Assembly (NCBI GenBank): GCA_051530055.1
Contig: CM121341.1
Coordinates: forward strand, 6,364,784-6,428,783
Reading direction: 5' to 3'
From: Neoechinorhynchus agilis
Lineage: Eukaryota > Animalia > Acanthocephala
DNA length: 64,000 nt
The notes beneath the pieces were generated by a model. It was not told the DNA's origin. It did no database searches and saw nothing but the letters and a program-made list of their open reading frames with translations. Of this stretch, positions 1-12,537 are shown one piece after another. The number at the start of each line of letters is the position of its first letter. Within the stretch, counting starts at the first letter, position 1. The position numbers and the translations under genes were made by a program.

Positions 1-547
1 TGATATCGAATCGCTGTACATTTTCGAGCAGAAATACACCTACTGCGAAATAGATGCTCGGCACTCGAACGTTTGGAATGTCGAGTTTTTTGCGAGATAA
101 TATTAGGTTTTCGGTTGCGTGTCTTAATTCATCCGGACAGAATATAATGACAGCGTGTTCATCTGACGAATTGCAGATTCTCAGTGAGTTTACTGAACTC
201 TATAGAACTGTTCCGACGCTTCTACCACGATCGCACACTTTCTTTTTAAGAAAACATTCTTAAATTTGGACAAATTTTAGATTTTATTATATAGGAAACG
301 GGGGGGGGTCGTTCGCTCCAGAAATGCGAGAACCTACAATTTAAAGAGACTGCGCTAACCAGCATGGCATTACATAGTGCTTTCCTTTCTCCACTGGAAT
401 AAAAGATTGTTCGTCGTCGTCCTCCTCCTCCTCTAAGCTGATTTCGGGCATTTCAACTGTTGTCTTAGCGAAAATCAAGGCCTGCGAAGTAATTATAGAC
501 TTCAAATCGTAGTATTCATCATCGAGAAAATAGAGAACATTTTCCAT
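1..547 (-). CDS. GINS3: GINS complex subunit Psf3-like, partial (runs off the left edge); exon structure uncertain
   Basis: ORF 341-547 (YYDLKSIITSQ...VEKGKHYVMPCWLAQSL) resembles the Psf3 N-terminus (LDDILMS...LELPLWLAKGL). A downstream minus-strand segment (~1-200) reads HAVIIFCPDELRH...PSIYFAVG. An in-frame TAA at 341-343 precedes the likely donor, so this is a base error, a pseudogene or an unresolved splice. Confidence 0.6.
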
Positions 548-770
548 AACAACGAATGAGGGGCAAATCTTGAGCGAAATGCACTAGGCGCAACTATTAA
601 GAGACACAATAAGGTCAATTTCTTAAAGGTCTTACACTCCTTGTAAAAGAATATCTTATGAAAAATTATTCGATCTCTAAACATTGAATAAGCGACAATG
701 AGTGTTGCTGAAAATCTTTTCCTAAGGATTCTATTAACTAAGTGATAAACAATTGTCACTTTTTAATTTT

Positions 771-824
771 CTGCGAACCTCGTCGGGTTTATCATCAGTT
801 CGATAAACCCTACGAGGTTCGCAG
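771..824. repeat. Short inverted repeat/hairpin whose arm recurs at ~56241-56258
   Basis: ctgcgaacctcgt-c-gggtttatc / gataaaccc-t-acgaggttcgcag. The 18-mer acgtcctgcgaacctcgt at 56241-56258 matches the reverse complement of 812-829. Confidence 0.7.
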
Positions 825-2164
825 GACGTTTTTTAATCGAAATAAGACTTCTAACCATAATAATTCCAATCACATTCCTCATATCGACTCTTTTGTTTGA
901 ATCGTTACAGTGGATATTTTTTGTTTGTAAACAATATGTTTTCGTGGATATTTTTTGTTTAGTAAATAAGAAATAAAGATTAATTTATTGATTCCCTTTC
1001 ACACAGTTTGTTTCGCATTGTGAAGATTTTCGTTCTTTTGCGATCACTATTTTGGAATTATCTTCAAACGCAAACGGATAAAGAATGATGTGAAACGAAA
1101 AAACGTCTAACACATTTGAGTTCGTAATTGTGGCATTTTGAAATTTGTTTATATAAAAAAAGTGATTTATTTTACACTCGCGATTATGAGCGATGCTTTG
1201 TTCTACTGAAATACATTTATAATACTGAATTCGAATAAAACGACGATCCTTCTCAATACTTTGTAGATATTTCAGACTTCTCCTTTTTGTAGGCACACAG
1301 CCAATCGATATCTTATATATCAGAGGAAGTGATTGGATTTCAAAATCCACGAGCGCCGATATCGCATAACCTAAAGGGGACGCAATAGCTTATTAAAGTA
1401 AACTCACTAATGAGTCCCGTTTCCTCATTGAAAGACGAATAACTCAAGAATTATGAAAGCTATCGCAAATCCGAAACAAGATTTGGAATCAGCACGCTGA
1501 GATGTACTAAATAGACATGACCAATATACTACAGCTGTCTTATTGGCGTCGGAAATCGCATTATCATATTTGGTCAATAGTCACAAGAGTGAATATCTGA
1601 GGATTCGGACGGGGATTCGTATAAAACTCGATACCCAATCATTTCTCTGATATATAAGAGATCGTTTGTGTGCCTAATAAGCCGAGTAAGAGATGTTGTA
1701 CAAAAACACTCATTATTTCAGACTTCTATTCCGAATTGAATGTTGTTGGGAACGGGAAACCGAGACCCTTCAAATCCCTTACTGCATCCCCAATCCATTC
1801 ACGATGGGGTCAATACGTGACCCCTAAAGGAAACCGGCGTAACCTCTTGCTGTTTTAACATCACTATCTGAAAAAAGTGAGGGTGTTACAGGGCATTTAT
1901 AACCTTTTGAGGTCGACTTGAGTGTGAGCGAGCCTTCAACTCCATAAATACTTGCTAATTTTGTATTTCGTCGAGTTTGTGTTCTTTAACATTAGCTTGC
2001 TTCTCGTGTTGTTAGGTATTTTCCGAGATACGTTCGTAAATGTATTCTAGAGCCAAAATCTTGACAAAGCCCAAAAAATCTTGTTATTAGATTTCTTACA
2101 CATTAAATTGAATTGTATAAAGAGTACGAATGTAGTAGGCGGCGAACGAATAGATTACGATGTT

Positions 2165-3851
2165 CCCTCAAGATGCCACATTTCATAAGGACTTTTGAGA
2201 TCAATGAGAAATGGGCTTTTTTCGGGTCTATCACTGAAATTTCTCTACTGATCGCCATTTGGGCTCCCGTGTTTTCACGGTCCTAGTAAATGTTACACCT
2301 CAGCTCTCTTTCTTAATTTACCACCAACCATTTTCCTCAGGATGCCACATTTCATAAGGACTTTTGAGTCAATGAGAAATGGGCTTTTTTCGGGTCTATC
2401 ACTGAAATTTCTCTACTGATCGCCATTTGGGCTCCCGTGTTTTCACGGTCCTAGTAAATGTTACACCTCAGCTCTCTTTCTTAATTTACCACCAACCATT
2501 TTCCTCAGGATGCCACATTTCATAAGGACTTTTGAGTTCAATGAGAAATGGGCTTTTTTCGGTTCTATCACTGAAATTTCTCTACTGATCGCCATTTGGG
2601 CTCCCGTGTTTTCACGGTCCTAGTAAATGTTACACCTCAGCTCTCTTTCTTAATTTACCACCAACCATTTTCCTCAGGATGCCACATTTCATAAGGACTT
2701 TTGAGTTCAATGAGAAATGGGCTTTTTTCGGTTCTATCACTGAAATTTCTCTACTGATCGCCATTTGGGCTCCCGTGTTTTCACGTCCTAGTAAATGTTA
2801 CACCTCAGCTCTCTTTCTTAATTTACCACCAACCATTTTCCTCAGGATGCCACATTTCATAAGGACTTTTGAGTTCAATGAGAAATGGGCTTTTTTCGGG
2901 TCTATCACTGAAATTTCTCTACTGATCGCCATTTGGGCTCCCGTGTTTTCACGGTCCTAGTAAATGTTACACCTCAGCTCTCTTTCTTAATTTACCACCA
3001 ACCATTTTCCTCAGGATGCCACATTTCATAAGGACTTTTGAGTTCAATGAGAAATGGGCTTTTTTCGGTTCTATCACTGAAATTTCTCTACTGATCGCCA
3101 TTTGGGCTCCCGTGTTTTCACGGTCCTAGTAAATGTTACACCTCAGCTCTCTTTCTTAATTTACCACCAACCATTTTCCTCAGGATGCCACATTTCATAA
3201 GGACTTTTGAGTTCAATGAGAAATGGGCTTTTTTCGGTTCTATCACTGAAATTTCTCTACTGATCGCCATTTGGGCTCCCGTGTTTTCACGGTCCTAGTA
3301 AATGTTACACCTCAGCTCTCTTTCTTAATTTACCACCAACCATTTTCCTCAGGATGCCACATTTCATAAGGACTTTTGAGTTCAATGAGAAATGGGCTTT
3401 TTTCGGTTCTATCACTGAAATTTCTCTACTGATCGCCATTTGGGCTCCCGTGTTTTCACGGTCCTAGTAAATGTTACACCTCAGCTCTCTTTCTTAATTT
3501 ACCACCAACCATTTTCCTCAGGATGCCACATTTCATAAGGACTTTTGAGTTCAATGAGAAATGGGCTTTTTTCGGTTCTATCACTGAAATTTCTCTACTG
3601 ATCGCCATTTGGGCTCCCGTGTTTTCACGGTCCTAGTAAATGTTACACCTCAGCTCTCTTTCTTAATTTACCACCAACCATTTTCCTCAGGATGCCACAT
3701 TTCATAAGGACTTTTGAGTTCAATGAGAAATGGGCTTTTTTCGGTTCTATCACTGAAATTTCTCTACTGATCGCCATTTGGGCTCCCGTGTTTTCACGGT
3801 CCTAGTAAATGTTACACCTCAGCTCTCTTTCTTAATTTACCACCAACCATT
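2165..3851. repeat. Tandem satellite, 169-bp unit, ~10 near-identical copies
   Basis: gatgccacatttc recurs at 2172, 2341, 2509, 2678, 2846, 3015, 3184, 3353, 3522 and 3691. Confidence 0.97.
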
Positions 3852-4244
3852 GTGTCTCGTTGCACCCTACCGTTTTGGTTGCAACTAAAAAAAAGAGAAA
3901 AGGCACTAAAAACGGCGAGTGTTCTCAATTTCGCCGCTCGTTTACAGCTTCACACATATCCAGCAACTCAGTATTATTAAATCAGACGAGACTATTAAGT
4001 GAGCACAGGATTAGTCATTTGCTCTCTCTCTCGTCTTAAGTTTCTCTCTTCAAAGGTATGTGAATCACAAATTTTTCGTTTTGGAACGTTTAAATTGCTT
4101 CCCTCACTCCATTTGAAACATAAAGAGCATTGTACCTACAGTCACAAGGTTGTATAAAATTTTTTTATAGTTTTCCATTCACTTTTTTTATGTTACTTCA
4201 CCGAGTCGTGTCTGCCTCTAGATTTTTTTGTTGAACGTGTTTCA

Positions 4245-4742
4245 TTGGCTCCTCGAATGATGCACCAACCTTCTCATATTCGAAGCTACGCCGGTCCAAA
4301 CGGTGAAAAGATATCGGTTAGTAATGAACCAATGCCTCCGTATGTTCCAATGAGGCGCAAACCACTTATACAACGGCAAGTAATAAGGCTTAAGACGCCG
4401 GAACCAGTTCGAAGGACAGTTCGTCGTCGCCTTCCTACACCTGAACCACACACTAAAGTTATCACTAAAATCATCACAAATCAACACGAGTTGATCGATG
4501 GTTGTTATCCACAAGTTCCAATGCAAAAATACGACAGTAATGCTTCTACTTCAACGGATTCGTCTCTCTTTAAACAAAATAGGCGAAAATATAGAACACA
4601 ACCAGTTCATTTACGGCAATTAAGATCAAATAAATCGAACCAATCCGGAATTCGTCCTCCTCCTCCTCCACCGAAACCAGAGCGACACTGCTACGATCCC
4701 ATCTCGTTGACAAATAACGGAAGGAGACTTATTAGAGTCTAG
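4245..4742 (+). CDS. Hypothetical Pro/Arg-rich protein (first ATG at 4257)
   Basis: 165-codon ORF in AT-rich flanks with KTPEP/PTPEP and poly-Pro motifs; AATAAA downstream at ~4823. No family recognised. Confidence 0.5.
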   Translation: MAPRMMHQPSHIRSYAGPNGEKISVSNEPMPPYVPMRRKPLIQRQVIRLKTPEPVRRTVRRRLPTPEPHTKVITKIITNQHELIDGCYPQVPMQKYDSNASTSTDSSLFKQNRRKYRTQPVHLRQLRSNKSNQSGIRPPPPPPKPERHCYDPISLTNNGRRLIRV

Positions 4743-5894
4743 CGTATATTTAATTCTACAACAAACGAAAAAAATGAACCCAACTCGTGTTCAATCAATT
4801 CACTTGTGAATTTTTATTCCTGAATAAAATATTAGTATTTGATTTAAGCAAAAGAATCTAGTTCAATTGATCTCATGAGTAGTAGCCTAGCAACCTACAA
4901 TGAAATTTTTGGTCAAGACCAAAACAAACGAGAGATGTCCATTGAAAAAGGTAATCGCAAATTTGATCAAACTGCTATCAAAACATTTATAGTTAATTTT
5001 GTACGCTTTATTCTGTTCAATGTGTCTCGATATGAATGTGGTTTCATGTTCCAACACCAAATAGCAAATGAAACACAAGTGAAGTGTACGACCATGTTGC
5101 CATTTTCAAATAATTACGGGTTAGAGATTATGTACAAAATGGTCGAATTTCATATCTAGACTTAAAAACAGGGTGAAATGGCTTTTAAATTCGGAAATCG
5201 TAGGAAATGGTACAAAAGCGTTAAAGGTAAACTCGTCCAGTACTGCTCAATGCGTACTACTGTGTCCGAGTGCCGGAAAACGGTCCGTAATTCTGGAAAC
5301 GCATCTTATAGTGAGACCAATGGCAATTGTCAATGCTCATGAACATTTACCACTACGTCTCAACTGTCTCTGTGAGACATTAGATTCTTGTACGATTGCC
5401 GATTCTTTTAATTACGTTGTTTTGCCATTTTTATGGGTGACTCAGCCGGTTGTCCTTTTTTTCACTCACAGTCCATCGATTTATTGGTCTACGCTCAATG
5501 CCCCTTTGTACCCAAGCGTAGACGGGAGTTCTCCTTTCAGCCTTAACGGATTTTTAATCAGTTTACCCTCTTTAACTGGGATCAAGGACATTTGTCCACT
5601 TTACCTCCTCGACACAACTACGGCGGATTGTACAAACTTCGCAACTTTCCAATTTTTTAGCCCCGAACCGCAGACCAGCGCTGTCCACTTCTATTTTAAA
5701 TCGAAGTTTTCATTCGGTGTTTAGGTTCCTTACCAGTGCTTAAAATTGCTATTTTCCACTAACGAACTTTAGCTACACAAACGTTGTAGCTGTTTTTAAA
5801 CACAAAAAAGTTTTTTTGAAGCAACCCAATTCAAGTGTAACTTTTTTAAATTCCTTCTTTTTCGACGTTTCATTTTAAGAATCGCGATTTAGTA

Positions 5895-6346
5895 CAATTA
5901 TTAGGTGGCATTGGGTTTTCGGTGAAGATCGTATCGTGGTAGCGAGCTGGGATTATGAAAATCAGACTGAGATGATATTGAACGATGAACACTTTGAAAT
6001 CGACCACAGGACTCTGATCGTCCGTCCTGTCAAAAAATACGAAGGAACATTTCGTTTCATTGCCCAAGTTCATCCATCGAGGGGCTTAATGAAACAATCA
6101 GCATTGGACAAACGTACAGAAATTGAATGTACCCAAGTCCTTACTTCGGTTTATATTGTTAACGTAAAAGCTATGAATTTCGAGTTAAATGTAACGGTAG
6201 TTCTTATTATCACGTTCGTGACTATTACACTGATTTGGCTAGCCAGTAACCTATTTGAACATTTTTTCGCTAATTACGATTTTGAAGATGATTTGAGTGA
6301 GTCATCTTTAACAGAAGCGACTGAATTTAGCGCCAATAATCAATAA
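5895..6346 (+). CDS. Last exon of a putative single-pass membrane protein with an Ig-like domain
   Basis: After the acceptor ttattag the frame reads WHWVFGEDRI...HFEIDHRTLIVRPVKKYEGTFRF (Ig C/E/F-strand-like), then a hydrophobic helix VTVVLIITFVTITLIWLA and an acidic tail. Upstream exons may lie in 4875-5724. Confidence 0.45.
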
Positions 6347-6805
6347 ATATTCGGGTTTTTTCAAGTTTAATCACTCTTACTGATCAGTTCGTGATTTGCC
6401 TTTGCGTCACTTTCATTCGATCAATTCAAAAATCTTCGAAAAAAATCGAGTTTAAATTAAACTTACACTTTTTTCGCCTGCCTTAAATCAATTCACAATA
6501 CTTATCGTGGCTTATTATTGTTTTGAAAATTAATGCAATTAAGAAACCATTGTTTATGATGGTGAACAATTAAAGGAATTGTATTAAATTCGATATTTCG
6601 GGCTCTACTTTGCATTTATGGCACGCCGTCTCAGGACTTGCCATCATTACCTTCTCCGATTTCGTTCTCAAATGGCTCGAATCTTATCTTTTTTAACATT
6701 GAAATTTTAAGCCATAAGATCACTCATGCCACCGCCTCTCGGGATCTCTCAAAGTGGTGTAACGGTCGAAAGGACGGACGGTTGCAGGGGCGGGAAAATC
6801 CTCCT

Positions 6806-7850
6806 GATCTCAGATCGAAAAGTGGTTCGTCTCAATCTCTTTTCAACAATTGCTTGACCAGTTCTTAAGCCGCGGTACCAAACGACCCGAGCGTCTCTAC
6901 GCCAAAAGGAAACGAAATAATGATTTCGAATCAGGCCCCTGTATTTTGTCTTTTTGCGTTCCTCGGCGGAGGTTGCTGCTTCCCCTCTGGTTTAATAGCA
7001 GCGAATTTTATGTTGGTGGCTGCGAACGGCGTCCGAGAGAAGGACTTTTCCTCCCCTCGCATCTTCAGGAATCTACAAAGACTCGTGGAGTTGTGTAATG
7101 TGCGTTGAAGTAGCGACATCGAAACGGGAAAATTCCAAAATTTCCAAAGAACTGCGATGTTTTGTAGGAGAAGTGCTCATGATCTCAGATCGAAAAGTGG
7201 TTCGTCTCAATCTCTTTTCAACAATTGCTTGACCAGTTCTTAAGCCGCGGTACCAAACGACCCTAGCGTCTCTACGCCAAAAGGAAACGAAATAATGATT
7301 TCGAATCAGGCCCCTGTATTTTGTCTTTTTGCGTTCCTCGGCGGAGGTTGCTGCTTCCCCTCTGGTTTAATAGCAGCGAATTTTATGTTGGTGGCTGCGA
7401 ACGGCGTCCGAGAGAAGGACTTTTCCTCCCCTCGCATCTTCAGGAATCTACAAAGACTCGTGGAGTTGTGTAATGTGCGTTGAAGTAGCGACATCGAAAC
7501 GGGAAAATTCCAAAATTTCCAAAGAACTGCGATGTTTTGTAGGAGAAGTGCTCATGATCTCAGATCGAAAAGTGGTTCGTCTCAATCTCTTTTCAACAAT
7601 TGCTTGACCAGTTCTTAAGCCGCGGTACCAAACGACCCGAGCGTCTCTACGCCAAAAGGAAACGAAATAATGATTTCGAATCAGGCCCCTGTATTTTGTC
7701 TTTTTGCGTTCCTCGGCGGAGGTTGCTGCTTTCCTTCTAGCGTCGGGAATACTGTGACACCGCCGGGTCTACGGCGGCCATCGAGTCGGCAAAGATTGCT
7801 TTTTTCTAGGATGTTGGGCGCATTCACAGTATTCGGGGCAAGCCAACAAT
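6806..7850 (-). mobile_element. 375-bp tandem array (~2.5 copies) derived from the 3' REL-endonuclease segment of a CRE-like non-LTR retrotransposon, plus adjoining upstream element sequence
   Basis: Period 375 (ORF starts at 6920, 7295, 7670). Minus-strand frames give AATSAEERKKTKYRGLIRNHYFV / PFGVETLGSFGTAA*ELVKQL...DLRS. Positions 7740-7830 give PNILEKSNLCRLDGR / RRPGGVTVFP. Confidence 0.8.
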
Positions 7851-8285
7851 AAATTCAGTGCCGGGCTATCTCCTCAATCATCCAATCTCTCGCCAAAGTG
7901 CTGTCACCACTTCTTTTAAAAAAATTTCTCAAACGAACTAAACCCGTTCTTTTTTGTCACTCTAAACATACACCGACCATCTCATTTTCATCACTCAATC
8001 ACCTCTCATGGCAACCCAATGGTTTTTCAGAATTTAAGTCCGCCATTTCAACCCTTGGGTGTTTTTGAGCAAACGGGATTCGTTATGTTTCAAAGCTCTA
8101 CGTGAAGATTGAGTGTGGCATTTTAAAGTCCCCGGATACTCAGTGTCTCGCTCTCTCCATTTTCCTCAACCATTCTACAGTTTCTTTTTTCCAAACATTG
8201 TTTCACATGGAAAGATTAGTCATTTCGCAATGTTTCGTGTGAAAACGAGATACATTGCCCGTGGAAAAGAGAAAAGTTTAAAATT

Positions 8286-8549
8286 ATGAACGTTGATTCG
8301 GAACAAATAGACCGACTTCGATCTCTGTTCGAACTTTACGACGCTGACGGAGATGGATTCGTGACGGTTGAAGATCTTATGAAGAAAAACGTGAAACTCG
8401 GTGGTCCAATGACACACGAAGAAGCGGAGCAGTTCATGAAGGAGAAGGACATTGATGAAGACGGAAAGTTATGCTGGGATGAGTTTCTTCTAATGACAGT
8501 ATTTCCTAATATCCGTAAGCAAAGTCAAAAGAGGGAGTATAGCTTTTGA
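8286..8549 (+). CDS. Small two-EF-hand calcium-binding protein (87 aa)
   Basis: EF loops DADGDGFVTVED and DIDEDGKLCWDE. Confidence 0.88.
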   Translation: MNVDSEQIDRLRSLFELYDADGDGFVTVEDLMKKNVKLGGPMTHEEAEQFMKEKDIDEDGKLCWDEFLLMTVFPNIRKQSQKREYSF

Positions 8550-11463
8550 AATGTTCGCCAAAATAAACCCGGATAATTTCATGCTTTAAACGATTCCTAA
8601 ATATGATCGTATCCTGTTCGATGCAGAAAAACTTATTAAATGTTGTGAAAATCCCTTTGTCGACTTGTTAATGGCACTCACATTCTTCAGATTTTCATGC
8701 TAAAACTTAATCTCAAGTCTGATTTCGAACGGCTTTATACATTTTCCTAATTTAACACGTCTTCAAAACAATAATTAAAAAAAATTATTTGGCATAACCA
8801 TGTCCGGTTTAATTGAGCAGCTACAGTTATAATGAAAACTTGTGATCATAAATTTGAGTATTTCTTTTTTTTATGTGGATTAGCAATTTCGGCGGTAGGA
8901 GGAACCTTTGTTTTTACATCAGAGAAGTGATGTTACTACTTTTAACTCGGATGAAACGGAGTTCGTACATCCCCGTCCGGATTCTCAGATACCTCCCGAG
9001 GAGACGGGATTCCTTCATCGAGGTATTTCGTCCCCTTTGGTCGTGAGTCATTGACGATCGTGGATTCGAACCTGTTGACCCTGAAACAGGGATTTGGGGC
9101 ACGAGTCCACCTCTACACAACTACGAAATGTACAAACTCGGCTGACGAGTTTGTTTTTGTTGCATTGGAACGAAACTCACATAATTCGGGTAAGAGAGAA
9201 CCGCGGCCATTGAAAGGTTGGTGTCCGGTCTACCAATAACTTGCTTTGATTTCGTCAACTCCGATCTTTTTTTTCGTTGGCTGATGAGATTTTCTTTTCA
9301 CCTGAATCGATTCATTTTTTCCAAGATATGAATGATGGTTTATTTACTTGATGAGTGAGTATAGAGATCAAAACATTTCATAAAGTGTCATTGTCCTTAT
9401 TTTGGTTTGGCCGAATACTTTTTGTTTGCCTTGTCAAGTTTCATGAAGCGACTAATGATCTATTAACCCGGACATGATCCGTCATTCGGATAATTATAAG
9501 AAAATTGTTCTTATTCTTCTCCCATTATCGCATTGCTCGCATAAAAGGAAGCTAATGGTTTAAGCTTAATTCGAAAAGTCGCTGCAGCGTTTGAACAAAA
9601 GTCCGAAACAAAAACAATCATCGCCACCACATAAAAAGGTTCAGAATTTTGTATGGGTAGCATGCGTCGTGTGACAAAAACGTGTTCAGGGAACTTCCCG
9701 TGCCACTTGCAAACACAACTCTCAGCAGTACTCATGAATCCTGATCAACATGATCAACACAACAACAACAAACAAACAAGTGAGTTTTTATCGATTATAC
9801 CGACACGGCGCTAAATGTGCACAATGGCATTTAAAAATTAAATTCGAACCAAAAAAACTTTTGAACGGCAGCAATAGACGGACCTCACGCAAAGCCTGTT
9901 TTAATTATTTCTTAGAAGAATCAGTCGATTGTTGGTGATTCTTTTTTTTCTAACACAAGGGTGAGTATTCTCTGTTTATATCAGCAAGAAGACGATTAAT
10001 AGTCATTTACATGGCGGCTGCAGTAGCACCGCATTAATCATTAAAAGATTTGACTGACAGCGACAAGTGTCCGATATCTTTAACAAGCTCGAAAGTTCCC
10101 TACCGCTGTTAGCGCCTGATTTTTGTTACTCGAATGACCACACTAGACGCTCCATTCTCGGCTCCAGTCAATATTTACACCCATGTAAGTGGCGGTTCCA
10201 ACCAAAAAAACCACAAACTGAAATTAATTCCCTTGCTCAAGAACGTCCGTGGTATTAGTGTTTGTCAAAGGAAATGTTACTGCTATATTTGTAGCCTTGA
10301 CCTTTATGTAAAATATCCCAATAACAATTATGGATTGCTCAATTTGAATTACCTATATTTTTTCGATTGATCGACATCAAAAACGAAGAAAAAACCGTAA
10401 ATATTTTGTTAGTCTTTAGGTAGAGCAGTTCTCTATAAGACAAACCTGTACATTTGATGCAGTCCTAGGACAATCAAACAAATACTTTATTGCAAAACAC
10501 TATAATGGTTCTAAATATTTTTAATGGCATTACCGTTTTCTTTAGTTTTGCCAAAAGCACTATGTTTTTATCTTAAAATGAAGTCGAGATAAATTCGGGT
10601 AGATAAGACTCGTGTTTCACCATTTTTTGATTTAAATTTTTATGACTGGATCGTAAATACGAGACGACCGGGTGAGAGTCCCCTTCCGTACACATCTTAT
10701 TCTCGGGATATATTTCTGCTGCTGCTGCTTCCAAAGGTGCATTCCGAATCATTGATCACGAAAAAGTTCGCTTAATGCAATGATGGCCACTGTTCATCTG
10801 TGTTTGATACAAAAAAGATTGGAAAAAGTTTGTCTTTTTAAGATCTTCTTAAATGTCACATTGATACCGTTTCAGCTTAATTGGCATTTTACGATTTTTT
10901 CTCTTCTAAAAAGAAGACGTATTCTTAGGACGACATGCTTTTTTCTTGCTTTCTACCTAAAAGGAATGAAGTAGTCAAATTTTTGAATTACAAAAATGAT
11001 AAAGGTACTCTTCATAAATTGAACAGAAACGATCTTGGTTCTTATTTTTCGACTGGAAAAACGCTGAGATTTCAGCAAATTTTTACATTGAAGGTCCTCT
11101 CGTTTCTTTTGTCTGAATTTTTGTTTTTTGTTTATAGCAGCAACCATCGAAAAAAGCTATATAATAGCATTACCAGTGCGTTTGGGAAAGTCATCACGTT
11201 AGAGCTATAATGAATATTGATTAAAATAATCATTGGCAAGGTGAGGAGCGATCAATGGCTCATTTAGGGTTTTCTTTGAAACTAAACCAATTCCTTAGTT
11301 CGTCTATATAACGCAAAAATAAGAAAAGGCCACTGGTATATGTTCCTGGAAAGAGAAGAAAAAAACAATCGGTATATTATAGATTCAACAAAACTTAATC
11401 GTGTGGCTTTTATGTAACAAATCCGTTCGTCCTCTTCAGTATCTTTAAATGGTTACTAAAAAT

Positions 11464-11623
11464 ATTTGTCGATAGGAGAAAATGAAATTAAGAATTTATT
11501 GGATATTTCGATCCAGTATCTCGGATCCTCTTCAACCACTGTAAAAGCGTTTTATTCGCCAATCGTTGAAGTCGAAATACCCAATAAATTCTTAATTTCA
11601 TTTATTTTCTCCTGTCGACAAAT
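11464..11623. mobile_element. MITE-like element with ~50-bp terminal inverted repeats and TA at both ends
   Basis: atttgtcgataggagaaaat...gaaattaagaatttattgg pairs with ccaataaattcttaatttc...attttctcctgtcgacaaat. A related shorter copy lies at 55199-55280. Confidence 0.65.
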
Positions 11624-12537
11624 AACAATGATCTTTTCAACTTTACTAAAAATACTACATACGATCACTCGCAAATGAAATCAACTTCAGAAGCAACAAA
11701 TATCTCTCTCGCTCTCAAAAAGTTTACTAGAATTGTGGCGAGCCCATATTTATTTGGATCATTTCACGCGCGCCTAATCTTTGTTTTGGGAAAAGCCACC
11801 AAATTCTAATTCGATTACCCCACAAAGGATTTTCTCTGTCGATCAAAAAAAATTTATATGGCTTCAAAATGCCCAAACGAACTAAAATGATTACTCTGAG
11901 AAATGATGAAAAAACCAATTTTTTTAAGCTGGCACAGCTAAATATGTTGTTGTTGTGGCTTCTTGCTTTTATAAACGATTTGAAAGTGCGATTACTATTA
12001 TTTTTGACAAAAAGCTTCACATGTTTCAGCTCATTTTTTTGTCTTTAAAGGGCAGGGAAATTTCTGTTGTTAGTGCCAAACAAATTTACTTATAAGGCAA
12101 CTTTGGTTGACGCCATGTTTTCCCCGATTTCCTCGATATATGATGGCTTCCCCCTCCCGCCTTACGCTACATTTCGAGAGAAAATCATCTTGAGGTCAAA
12201 GGCATTCAGAATGAAAATCCGAATTTTCGTCTCAGGGCCTTAAAATCCACAGGTTTGTATTCAAAAATTTCGGTTTTTTTGTCGCGTTCCACGCTCGTTC
12301 CCGGTTGGCATTGCGTGTGGATTCTTGAAAATGTTTAAGTCCCAATGCGTGTCTATGCGTACTAACGGCGGAAGGGAACAACTATGAGGTGGATTCTCCT
12401 CCATCTCTCTCTCTCGCGAGTTTGCAAATTAAATTAGGCTGACGGCAATGTCAGATTTGGTGTGATTCCTAGCTTTCAACCGCTATATTTAGGCAATCTA
12501 TTCATTTTTCGGACATTATCCATTTATAAGCAACAAT

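Noticed and set aside
1291-1675. ~45-bp imperfect inverted repeat (1291-1336 / 1635-1675) and the ORF 985-1350
   Set aside because: Short and diverged, with no TSD and no recognisable protein.
2165-3851. 169-bp unit read as a repeated exon plus intron (plus: 114-nt exon with 55-nt intron; minus: 153-nt exon with 16-nt GT..AG)
   Set aside because: The plus-strand junction creates TAG. The minus model needs a 16-nt intron, whereas verified introns here are about 45-60 nt.
9062-9073. GGTTCGAATCC T-loop-like motif on the minus strand (possible tRNA)
   Set aside because: The T-stem pairs only 2 bp and no cloverleaf can be built.
8914-10974. Several 60-80-aa ORFs between the EF-hand gene and the MITE
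   Set aside because: No motif or consistent splice model could be supported.
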